This document shows, piece by piece, positions 27,163 to 35,792 of a stretch of 55,670 nt of DNA. This stretch comes from a virus (lineage: Duplodnaviria > Caudoviricetes). The notes beneath the pieces are model-generated. The model made no database searches, was not told where the DNA came from, and saw only the letters and a program-made list of their open reading frames with translations. A program made the position numbers and the translations under genes. Position 1 is the stretch's first letter, and every line of letters begins with the position of its first letter. The stretch covers positions 1-55,670 of IMG/VR virus record IMGVR_UViG_3300001782_000010; one strand, 5' to 3'.

Positions 27163-30100
27163 ATGAAAATATATCTTTATATGATAAATACTTCACTACT
27201 TTCTAAAAGATATCAAGCTGAATTAGACTGGTTCTCTGCATATCCTTCAAAAGAATGTTCTAGAAAATTTGTATTACAAAAACATAAAATAGGAAAAAGT
27301 ATTTCAGATGAAGATCCGATAATTATTAAAAGAAATAATAAAATAGAAGTAATACCCATTAGACAATTATTGCCTTACAAGTTAAGAACAAGATCTGATA
27401 TTTACGAATATAAAATAGAAGGAATAAAGACTTGGACTAGAGGTGGATGGAAAGATATTAAATGGTTAATGAGACATAAACATAATGGTTTATTTAGAGT
27501 ACAATGCCCTTCTGGTTTAATTAATATTACAGAAGATCATTGTTTATTTAATGATACCAAACCAATTAAAATATCTGAATTTAAAGAAAATCAAAATATA
27601 GAACTTTGTAATTTACCAGTTATAAATGGTAATATTCATGTAGATCAGGAAATTGCATGGTTATTTGGATATTATTTAGCTGAAGGATCTAAACATGGAA
27701 AATATGCTGTAATATCACAAAATAATAAAAATGTTCTAGAAAAGATTGGAAAGATAATTTCTAAATATGGAGGAAAATATTTTATTTCAGGAAATAATGT
27801 GGAATTTTCTGGATTTAATATATGGAATGAATTTTATATTCCTAGCCCTCATAAACGAAGACAATCTAATGATAAAATAGTACCTTCATTTGTATTTCAA
27901 TGGGATAACAATTCAAAACAAGAATTCTTAAGAGGTTATCTAGAAGGAGATGGAGATGGTAATCTGAATTTTTCTACTTCTTCATTAGCTTTAGCTCAAG
28001 GTATAATTTTATTAATTTATTCTTTATATCCAAATAAAGATTTTACAATTATATGGGATAATTTAATTAGAATTAAAACAATAGATCCAATACATAACAG
28101 AACAGAATATCCTAGAGGAAGAATAAAAAATATTAAGAGAAGTTTAGCTTCAGATGCTGATGGTAAGAAAAATCCTAATTATAAATATGGAAAATATAGA
28201 TTCAAGAAATATAAAGAGAATAAATATATTTATTCTAACAAAAGATGGGTATATGATATAGAAACGGAAGATCATTCGTTTATGGCTGGAGTAGGAAGAA
28301 TATTAGCTCATAATTCACAACATGGAGATCTTAGACTTGAAAAATGTGATTTCCTAGAGGGATCATCTATAGTTGGATTTTCTGAAGATAAACAATTTAA
28401 TGCTGACACTCTTCTTAGCAATAGAGGAAGAGGATTTAGAGCTGAAACAAAATGTATTCAAGAATATTGTAATGAATGGAAATATAATATTGAAGAAAGA
28501 AATGGAGAATTTTATGCTGTTCCAATAAATATTGAAGAATTAAATTTTAAAGATATAGAGGAATTAGCAAGGCAGCCAAAGATATGGTTAAAAGTAAAAG
28601 GAGAAATAAAACCAGGAGAAGTAGGAGGAGGAGTAGAAGCACCAGGATACATGGAAATAATAGATTCTGGAACATATTGGGAAGGAGCAATTAAACCTTG
28701 GTTTAAAGAATTCTTTCTTAATGGGAAGACTTTGAAGAATTATGTTAGAATTATTATTAGAGCTATTAAAGTAAGAAAGATAGATCCTAAAACTAAGAAA
28801 CCAACTGGTAGATATGAAAGAATGTGGAGAATAATGGCACCAATAGATCAGACTCCATACGCTATTAAAAGAGGTAGAAAGAAAGGATGGGTCCCTCCAA
28901 AAGGAACTATTCCAATACCTCCTAATTGGAGGAAAGAAAATAAAGATAAATATGAAGAATGGTTACAATGGATTAAAGAGAAATGGTCAGAAAGACAGTC
29001 TTTATCTAAAGATGTACCTTTTACTTTAGCTTTACATAGATATAGAGGTCCAATTCATGTAAGAGGAAATTGGATAATAGATTTTTATTTATTATTTGAT
29101 GATAAAAGAACTGGATCTGTTAAAACATTTAAAATAGAAGGAGATCCAACTAGGAACAAATCTATATTGGCTTGGAAATGGAAAAAGACTTCTAGAAAAT
29201 TTCTAGATTATGAAGGAGAAACAAGACCAGGAAGTACTTTTAATCCTACAAAAGAAGTTAAAGGGGAATACATTATTATAGATAAAGGAAAAGTAAATAT
29301 TGAATTAAAGAAAGAAGAAACTGGAAATATCATTGATCTACAATTTAAAGGTAAGGAATTAAAAGGTAAATGGAAATTAAGTCAAGAAGAACCTGGATCA
29401 GAATCTTATGCTTTTGAAAAATTACATGTTGAAAAGTTAGTTCCATACAAATTTGTTTTACATAAACATGTTTTAGATTCTAAAGTACATTTCGATCTAA
29501 GATGGAAAACATCTGAAATTACAAAAGAAGAATTAAATTTATATTATAATCCTTTAGAAACAAAAGATAAAATTAAAGCATTTTATAAAAGTATAAAAGA
29601 ATCTAAAGATAAAGTTGATTACTGGATGATTGATAAAGGTACTAATATTAAAAGAAAGGTAGGTAATAAAGAAACTACAATTGACGTACTTGATTCAGGT
29701 ACATTAGAAGTTATAGAACATAATCCACAATTTTTATCTTTTAATATACTTGGAAAGAAATTGAAAGATCTTTGGGTAGCTAAGAAAAGTAACGGATTGT
29801 GGTACTTCTGGAAAACAAGTAAACCTAAAGAACCAAGAGAATTAGCTGGTGCAGGAGATCCTAAAACAGGAGATTATTATAAACCTTTTATTATAGAAGA
29901 AAAGAAAGGATGGGATCATTTTAATATAAAAATATATGATATAAGAGATTTTACTAGATGTGAAGGAGAAGAAAAAGTTAAACTTTATTTTAAAGATATT
30001 AATATTCCAAGTGGAGTAAATATTGGTGTTTGTTTATATCCTGTAATTGGAAAAGTACATCATGTAAGAGTAGCATTTGTTCAATTTAATAATAAAACAT

Positions 30101-30261
30101 GGAATTATGAAAAAGCTAAAAGTTGGATTAAAAGTAAAAAATTACATTTATTTGAAAGAGAACAGATTAGAAAAAGAATTGAAGAAGATATAGAAGAAGA
30201 GAAATATATATTAAGTAATAAATCTAGAACTAAAGAAGAGGGAGAATGTTGTCAGGAATAG
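27163..30261 (+). CDS. Intein-containing protein with three LigD 3'-phosphoesterase (PE)-like domains
   Basis: After splicing: FVLQKHKIGK|SQHGDLRLE (cf. LigD PE FVxQKH...HYDFRLE). A third copy reads FVLHKHVLDSKVHFDLRW. Each copy has an I-I-D-x-G motif and a GKxLK motif. Overlaps the prohead protease gene. Confidence 0.75.
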   Translation: MKIYLYMINTSLLSKRYQAELDWFSAYPSKECSRKFVLQKHKIGKSISDEDPIIIKRNNKIEVIPIRQLLPYKLRTRSDIYEYKIEGIKTWTRGGWKDIKWLMRHKHNGLFRVQCPSGLINITEDHCLFNDTKPIKISEFKENQNIELCNLPVINGNIHVDQEIAWLFGYYLAEGSKHGKYAVISQNNKNVLEKIGKIISKYGGKYFISGNNVEFSGFNIWNEFYIPSPHKRRQSNDKIVPSFVFQWDNNSKQEFLRGYLEGDGDGNLNFSTSSLALAQGIILLIYSLYPNKDFTIIWDNLIRIKTIDPIHNRTEYPRGRIKNIKRSLASDADGKKNPNYKYGKYRFKKYKENKYIYSNKRWVYDIETEDHSFMAGVGRILAHNSQHGDLRLEKCDFLEGSSIVGFSEDKQFNADTLLSNRGRGFRAETKCIQEYCNEWKYNIEERNGEFYAVPINIEELNFKDIEELARQPKIWLKVKGEIKPGEVGGGVEAPGYMEIIDSGTYWEGAIKPWFKEFFLNGKTLKNYVRIIIRAIKVRKIDPKTKKPTGRYERMWRIMAPIDQTPYAIKRGRKKGWVPPKGTIPIPPNWRKENKDKYEEWLQWIKEKWSERQSLSKDVPFTLALHRYRGPIHVRGNWIIDFYLLFDDKRTGSVKTFKIEGDPTRNKSILAWKWKKTSRKFLDYEGETRPGSTFNPTKEVKGEYIIIDKGKVNIELKKEETGNIIDLQFKGKELKGKWKLSQEEPGSESYAFEKLHVEKLVPYKFVLHKHVLDSKVHFDLRWKTSEITKEELNLYYNPLETKDKIKAFYKSIKESKDKVDYWMIDKGTNIKRKVGNKETTIDVLDSGTLEVIEHNPQFLSFNILGKKLKDLWVAKKSNGLWYFWKTSKPKEPRELAGAGDPKTGDYYKPFIIEEKKGWDHFNIKIYDIRDFTRCEGEEKVKLYFKDINIPSGVNIGVCLYPVIGKVHHVRVAFVQFNNKTWNYEKAKSWIKSKKLHLFEREQIRKRIEEDIEEEKYILSNKSRTKEEGECCQE
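27298..28314 (+). mobile_element. Intein with LAGLIDADG homing endonuclease (339 aa, Ser-initiated)
   Basis: Block A SISDEDPI, block B ITEDH, LAGLIDADG blocks LFGYYLAEG and FLRGYLEGDG, block F VYDIETEDHSF, terminal HN followed by +1 Ser. Confidence 0.92.
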
Positions 30262-31673
30262 AATATAATGAAAAAGAATTGGAAGAAGATAAGTCTGGAA
30301 TAGTAGAAGAACTTCTTCTGGAATTAGAGGAAACTAAAGAACAGCTTAAAAATTTAAATAATTATGGTAAGCATAAACATATTTTATCTTTAAGTTCTTG
30401 GATTGCTACTACTTCAGAAAAACCTGTTAAAATAACTGGAATTGCACTTGCAGAAGGAACATGGAATGGAGTTCTATATTCTCTGGAAGAAATAGAAAAA
30501 TCAGCTGAGAAATTAATTGGTATTCCATTAAAAGTAGAACATGGACAGGGAAGCGAATATAAAAATAAAGAAGTAGGGAAAGTTACTAAAGCAAAGTTCG
30601 ATGAATTGACTAAAGCATTACTGTTTGAAGCAGAAGTCACTGATCCTAGAGCTATCAAAGATGTTCTAAAGAAACGATTTAAAGCTGTGTCTATGGCAAC
30701 TTCAATGGAATATGTACCTGAAAAAGGACAAGTAATGGGTAAAGACTTTGAATTTCTAGAAATATCTCTTGTAGAGAATCCTGCTTGTGAATCCTGCTAC
30801 ATTCTCCATTTTGAACAATCTTTAAGTATGATTAAAGATAAAAATATAAATATAAAGGAGGAAGAGGTGAATAAAATGACTAAAGATAAATTTTACCTGG
30901 CTTCAGAAGAACTGACTGTTGATATGCCTAAAGATATAAATATTCCAGTAGAGACTTTGAACAAGTTTGGTGAAAAGATAGGATTTCAATTTCTAAAAGC
31001 TGAAAGTGCTACTAATGATGAAGGAGAAGCAGTAATGAGATATACTTTCCAATACAAGAATTATCCATACACAAATCTTGGATCTCCTGTTGCTGAAGAA
31101 GAAGAAAAGAAAGAAACATTTAAAAAAGAAGATATTGTTAAACTTATTGATGAAAAACTAGAAAATTTCAAAGAGTCTTTATTGCCTAAACCAGAAGAGA
31201 AAGCTGGAGAAGAGAAACCTGAAGAAGAAGCTAAAGAAGAAACAGAAGAGATTGAAGGACTTGCTGAACATATTAGTGCATACACTGATTATATAAAGAA
31301 ATGCATGGCTGATGGAAAAAAATCAATGAAGGAATGTGCTAATGAATGGAAAGGTGGAGAGAAAGAAGAGAAGTCTAAAGAGACTGAAAAAGAACCTAAA
31401 GAAGTAAAGAAAGAAGAGACAGCTGAGAAATATGAATACAAATGTCCAGAAGGAGAAGTATGGGATGCAGAGAAAGAGAAATGTGTTCCAAAAGAAGAGA
31501 AAAGTACAGAAGAAGTTAATGAGGAAGAAAGGAAGCCCACAGAGACAGAAGCTAATGAAGAGGAAGTAAATTCTAAAGAAGAAAAATTAAGTAAACTTTC
31601 AGGTGCTGAAGCTGCACTAGGCATAATAGAATATGTTCAAAGAATGTCAGGAAGAAAGAAAGATGGCAAATAG
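30246..31673 (+). CDS. Prohead protease fused to acidic scaffold
   Basis: ITGIALAEG, PLKVEH, EVGKV, KAVSMA and FLEISLVENPAC (HK97/herpes-fold protease pattern); E/K-rich C-terminal half; lies upstream of the capsid gene. Confidence 0.85.
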   Translation: MLSGIEYNEKELEEDKSGIVEELLLELEETKEQLKNLNNYGKHKHILSLSSWIATTSEKPVKITGIALAEGTWNGVLYSLEEIEKSAEKLIGIPLKVEHGQGSEYKNKEVGKVTKAKFDELTKALLFEAEVTDPRAIKDVLKKRFKAVSMATSMEYVPEKGQVMGKDFEFLEISLVENPACESCYILHFEQSLSMIKDKNINIKEEEVNKMTKDKFYLASEELTVDMPKDINIPVETLNKFGEKIGFQFLKAESATNDEGEAVMRYTFQYKNYPYTNLGSPVAEEEEKKETFKKEDIVKLIDEKLENFKESLLPKPEEKAGEEKPEEEAKEETEEIEGLAEHISAYTDYIKKCMADGKKSMKECANEWKGGEKEEKSKETEKEPKEVKKEETAEKYEYKCPEGEVWDAEKEKCVPKEEKSTEEVNEEERKPTETEANEEEVNSKEEKLSKLSGAEAALGIIEYVQRMSGRKKDGK

Positions 31674-31905
31674 AGGAACTGAAACTTTAAAAGAGAAAGA
31701 GATACATAGACTTTCCAAAGAAGTACATAAGCTTAAGAAAGAAGTTGAGAAGAAAGATAGAGAAATAGAAAAACTAAATAAGATAATAAAAGAAATTCCA
31801 ATAATGTATACACATAGAATAATTAAACCAATGTCAGAAGAAGATGAATCGAAAGACAAGACAGAAGAAGCAGCTAAAGCAGTTATTAAAATAAGTGGGT
31901 CTTAG
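31633..31905 (+). CDS. Small coiled-coil, scaffold-like protein (start probably 31663)
   Basis: Heptad K/E-rich helix; lies between protease and capsid genes. Confidence 0.5.
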   Translation: MFKECQEERKMANRGTETLKEKEIHRLSKEVHKLKKEVEKKDREIEKLNKIIKEIPIMYTHRIIKPMSEEDESKDKTEEAAKAVIKISGS

Positions 31906-31920
31906 ACCCATTCTTTTTTT
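31894..31920 (+). terminator. Hairpin plus T-run terminator
   Basis: TGGGTC-TTA-GACCCA followed by TTCTTTTTTT. Confidence 0.6.
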
Positions 31921-31937
31921 ATAGTTGTATGTTATCC

Positions 31938-31986
31938 AATATATTTAAATATATATAAATTTATAAGATAAATAAGAGGGAGGTGG
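31938..31986 (+). promoter_or_regulatory. Putative archaeal TATA promoter and SD of the capsid gene
   Basis: TTTAAATATATATAAA followed by GGGAGGTGG before ATG 31995. Confidence 0.5.
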
Positions 31987-31994
31987 ATTAGATA

Positions 31995-33062
31995 ATGAGA
32001 GCTATTGAGGTTCTAGCTGCCATAACTACATCAGATCTTACTGGATTATATCCTAAGATTATGACTGCTGTTGAAACAGAAATGAGAGAAGCTCGTTTTG
32101 GAGCACAGCTTGTTAAAGAGAATAGAGATTTAACAGGTAAAGGACGTACATTAACTGTTCCATACAGATCTAGAATTGCATATAGTGGAACGACTGCTGT
32201 TGGTTATGTTGCTGAAGGAACAAGTCCAACTGAAGTTAAAGCAACTTATACAACTGTTGAAGTTACAGTTACTAAAATTGGTGCATCTTTCAAGGTGACT
32301 CAAGAAGCAATAGATTCTGTTGCGGTTGATATTATAAAAGATCAGATAGCTGAAGTTGGTGAAGCACTTGCAGACTTTGAAGATTGGATGATTATGGACG
32401 AATTGTATGGTGCTTCTGAGGTTACTACAATAATCTCTGGAGATACTACAATGACTCTTTCAGGTCCAATACTTGATATTTTGGAATATAGAGAGACAGA
32501 TGCTAGTGGAACTGATAAAATGTCTGAGATAACTTATATAGATGCATATCTTAATTCTGCAAATGGACAGGTATTTGTTTCAGCCACATATACTAATGTT
32601 TACTTTAAGTATAAGAAATCTTCAAGGACCAATTGGTTTGAAGGAGTAGGGACTGTTACTGTAGCAGACTATATTGATCTTGTTAAAGGTAGAACAGAAA
32701 TGAAGAAGCTAAAATATCATCCAAATATATGTGTATTTGGTCCTGATCATGAAGCAAAGCTTTTGGAAGATAGTAGATTCATAGATGCAAGTCAGTATGG
32801 TGCAAGAGAACCAGTCTTGAATGGTGAGATTGGTAAAGCTGCAGGACTAAAACTTTTAACTGCTATACACACATATGGTAGAGCACTATTGTTCTTGGAC
32901 ACTGATAAAGCTGCATGGTTGATTCTTAAGAGAGAACTTGATATGAAGCTTAAGGAGCTTCCAGAAGAGGATTCGTTTGCATATTACTTCTACAGAGAAT
33001 GTATTCCAGCTGTTATTCATGAAGATGCTATTGTACTGGTAGCTGTTGACTATACAGTGTAA
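31995..33062 (+). CDS. Major capsid protein (HK97 fold)
   Basis: GRTLTVP, VAEG, KIGASFKVTQEAI and GEIGKAAGLKL patterns; position between protease and neck genes. Confidence 0.88.
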   Translation: MRAIEVLAAITTSDLTGLYPKIMTAVETEMREARFGAQLVKENRDLTGKGRTLTVPYRSRIAYSGTTAVGYVAEGTSPTEVKATYTTVEVTVTKIGASFKVTQEAIDSVAVDIIKDQIAEVGEALADFEDWMIMDELYGASEVTTIISGDTTMTLSGPILDILEYRETDASGTDKMSEITYIDAYLNSANGQVFVSATYTNVYFKYKKSSRTNWFEGVGTVTVADYIDLVKGRTEMKKLKYHPNICVFGPDHEAKLLEDSRFIDASQYGAREPVLNGEIGKAAGLKLLTAIHTYGRALLFLDTDKAAWLILKRELDMKLKELPEEDSFAYYFYRECIPAVIHEDAIVLVAVDYTV

Positions 33063-33084
33063 ACATAAATTACATTTTATTTTG

Positions 33085-33115
33085 TGACATATTCCTCTAA
33101 AGTAGGAGTATGTCA
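33085..33115 (+). terminator. Stem-loop after the capsid gene
   Basis: TGACATATTCCT-7nt-AGGAGTATGTCA (12-bp stem with one G-U pair), flanked by T-rich tracts. Confidence 0.65.
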
Positions 33116-33182
33116 ATAAACTTTTATTTTATATTATTCTTTATATGATAGTGAATACAGTATATTTAAGGGAGGGAATAAT

Positions 33183-33926
33183 ATGGTCTATAATGAACCA
33201 GAAAATATTCGTAAAATTGGGAATTTAACTGCTTCTCAGGCACCTAATAACTTACTTGAAGACTTTATAAATAAAGCAGATAGATCATTAATAAATAGTA
33301 TAACTGTTCAAGTTAGAAATGAAGAGATGGTAAATGATATTAATCGTACAGAATCTCAAGTAATAGATGGAAATAACAAAGTCTTCTACACTCAACATTT
33401 TCCTTTAGCAGATACAAATTCTAGTTACACACTTATTAATAATGAAATTAAATGGGTATGGACAGATGATATTAAAGTATATACATGGGGTACTAAATAT
33501 GATGAAAGTACTAAATCAGAAGTTACTATAATAAATATTAATGATAAAACAGGAATGGTAGAGTTAGAAACTGCACCATCTTCAGATTCTATAGCTTGGA
33601 TTACATGTGATTATTATCATTATTATAATGAAATGGACTTTGAAATAATAAAAGAAGTAGCAGCCATTGGAGCATTATTAAGATGGGCTAGAAGAGAATA
33701 TTTCTGGCATCCTGATAGCATAAGAATTGGACCTTTAGATGTCAAATATATTCCAAGATCTAGTAAGTTAGGTTCTATAGAAGGAGGATTACCAACTACT
33801 AGAATATATCAAGCATATATTCATGGACTAAATCTATTGAAAAAGAAAGCATTTGCTAAGACTGATGATAAAACTATAACTAGGATTAAAAGAATGGAAG
33901 AGAAAGAAAGTGATATTCCAACATAA
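33183..33926 (+). CDS. Head-tail adaptor with inserted beta domain
   Basis: YxxPExIR N-terminus, 'FINKADRSLIN' helix, 'SIRIGPLDVKY' hairpin; first gene after the capsid. Confidence 0.65.
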   Translation: MVYNEPENIRKIGNLTASQAPNNLLEDFINKADRSLINSITVQVRNEEMVNDINRTESQVIDGNNKVFYTQHFPLADTNSSYTLINNEIKWVWTDDIKVYTWGTKYDESTKSEVTIININDKTGMVELETAPSSDSIAWITCDYYHYYNEMDFEIIKEVAAIGALLRWARREYFWHPDSIRIGPLDVKYIPRSSKLGSIEGGLPTTRIYQAYIHGLNLLKKKAFAKTDDKTITRIKRMEEKESDIPT

Positions 33927-33937
33927 GGGGTAATAAA

Positions 33938-34294
33938 ATGTTCTTTTTATCAAGTATACTAAAGAATAATTATATTCTGAAAAAAGTAGAGGAAATAATA
34001 ATAGATGAAATATATGGTACTACACAATCTATAGATACTTCATATGAGATACAAGGATTAATTATACCTTTAACTGTAGAAGATTTAAGATATGAATTAT
34101 CTGGAATATACAAAGTTGGAGATGCAAGAGGGTATTTCTTGAAAGAATTTGCAATAGGAACTAAGATTCTATCTATAGAAACAAATGATATATTAGTAGA
34201 TGGTTCTATTAATTATAGAGCTGATCTTTATAATGATTATAAATGGAGCACTATTGAATTAAGAGAGGTATTTCTAAGGAGAGTACAGGAATAA
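33938..34294 (+). CDS. Head closure (stopper) protein
   Basis: Size, beta-rich sequence and synteny. Confidence 0.55.
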   Translation: MFFLSSILKNNYILKKVEEIIIDEIYGTTQSIDTSYEIQGLIIPLTVEDLRYELSGIYKVGDARGYFLKEFAIGTKILSIETNDILVDGSINYRADLYNDYKWSTIELREVFLRRVQE

Positions 34295-34809
34295 TGGCTA
34301 GAACAAAATCCAACTTAAACAAATTTACTAGAGGATTTAGAAGAATAATTAGAGAAGAAATGTATAGAGCTTCTTTTAGAATACCTAAAGAAATATCTAA
34401 TGCTTGTCCTGCTCCAGGAATGAAAGGATCATTTGGAGGGAAATATATTAGAACAGAAGGTGGAGCAATGTTTGAAATATTTACTACTTTTCCTAGAATA
34501 ATTGCTGTATATGCTATGGAATTTGGTAGAAGAGAATTACCAGCTAGAGAACGTCCTTATCCATTATATATTAGAGGGAAACCAGTTATTAAAAGAAGAA
34601 GGAGAGCAAAAGGAGTATATCAAGAAAAACCAAGTGCAAGAGAACAAGCTAAATATGATGAAGAAGGATATATTATAAGATATGGTCCAATTGGACCTCA
34701 GAAAGCTAGACCATTTATAGTTCCTACATGGATAAGAGAATTTAATAATCTAAAGAAAAGAATTGGTATTAGACTGATAGAATTAGTTAAAAGGAGTAAA
34801 ATATCTTGA
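34294..34809 (+). CDS. Neck protein, HK97 gp10-like
   Basis: Basic; YAMEFG and PQKARPFIVP motifs; synteny. Confidence 0.65.
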   Translation: MARTKSNLNKFTRGFRRIIREEMYRASFRIPKEISNACPAPGMKGSFGGKYIRTEGGAMFEIFTTFPRIIAVYAMEFGRRELPARERPYPLYIRGKPVIKRRRRAKGVYQEKPSAREQAKYDEEGYIIRYGPIGPQKARPFIVPTWIREFNNLKKRIGIRLIELVKRSKIS

Positions 34810-35270
34810 GTTTTACATTTGAAAGAATTACTAAAGATCTTATAGAGTTTTTAAGAGATAAAGTAGAAGATCCTATAAGTAGAGGAAAAGAATGGATATA
34901 TCCAGATTATCCAAGAGTAGATGCTAAAATGCCTAGGATCTCAATTATACAATCTGGTTCTCCTTTTCTAAGAGAATATATTAGTAATAATCAATCAATA
35001 TGGAATATAACATTTACAATAGATGTATGGACTAATTCTAAAGTTAAAGTAACTATTAATGATGAAATATATTCAGGAAGTAAATTAAGAGAATATTTAA
35101 CCGATCAAGTTGTATCTGCATTTATTGATAATAAATCTATTTTAGAATCTTCTTATGGAATTTTAGATGCATTACCAGGATCAATCTTTACACATCCTTA
35201 TAATGAAGAATTGGATGAATATAGAAAGAGTATTCCTTTTACATTTAGTATAGTACGAATTACTGGATAA
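34806..35270 (+). CDS. Tail terminator protein
   Basis: MPRISI, FTIDVW; directly upstream of the tail tube gene. Confidence 0.65.
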   Translation: MSFTFERITKDLIEFLRDKVEDPISRGKEWIYPDYPRVDAKMPRISIIQSGSPFLREYISNNQSIWNITFTIDVWTNSKVKVTINDEIYSGSKLREYLTDQVVSAFIDNKSILESSYGILDALPGSIFTHPYNEELDEYRKSIPFTFSIVRITG

Positions 35271-35349
35271 TATATATAAATAAGGAAATATAATTTATTT
35301 ATTGAGATCAAGAAGATCTTATAAAACCAAGTAAGGGAGGTTATGTATA

Positions 35350-35769
35350 ATGCCTACAGTTATAAAAGGATGGAAAGCTGAAATCTGGTCCACAGCTACT
35401 GCTGGAGGACAAACTCTGTACAAAATAGGATATGCCGAATCAGCTACTGTAGATATTGATTCTGCTGTAGATGAGTTCTTAGCTGTTGGAGAATGGTCTC
35501 CTGTGGCAATTGCTGAAGGTCCTCGTATTCTAACAGGTACACTTTCAGAAGCATGGGTTGATAATACACATGTTGCATTTATTTATGGTGATGTAACTAC
35601 ACATGAACAGTTCAAGTGGCAATTATATGTTTATAATACTACAAATAACTTGTATATCTGGGCATATGACTGTTTGATAGAGTCTTTGAGTCTTGATATT
35701 CCTGCTGATGGATTTCTAACACAAGATGTAGATTTCAGAGCAACGTACTGGGTATATGGATCCTTCTAA
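35350..35769 (+). CDS. Major tail tube protein
   Basis: KIGYAESATVD, GPRILTGTL and QDVDFRA patterns; strong SD; synteny. Confidence 0.7.
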   Translation: MPTVIKGWKAEIWSTATAGGQTLYKIGYAESATVDIDSAVDEFLAVGEWSPVAIAEGPRILTGTLSEAWVDNTHVAFIYGDVTTHEQFKWQLYVYNTTNNLYIWAYDCLIESLSLDIPADGFLTQDVDFRATYWVYGSF

Positions 35770-35792
35770 GATCAAATTAAAGGGGATATCTC

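Noticed and set aside
30362-33116. Minus-strand ORFs over the protease, scaffold and capsid genes
   Set aside because: Ser/Phe-rich mirror images of Glu/Lys-rich coding sequence.
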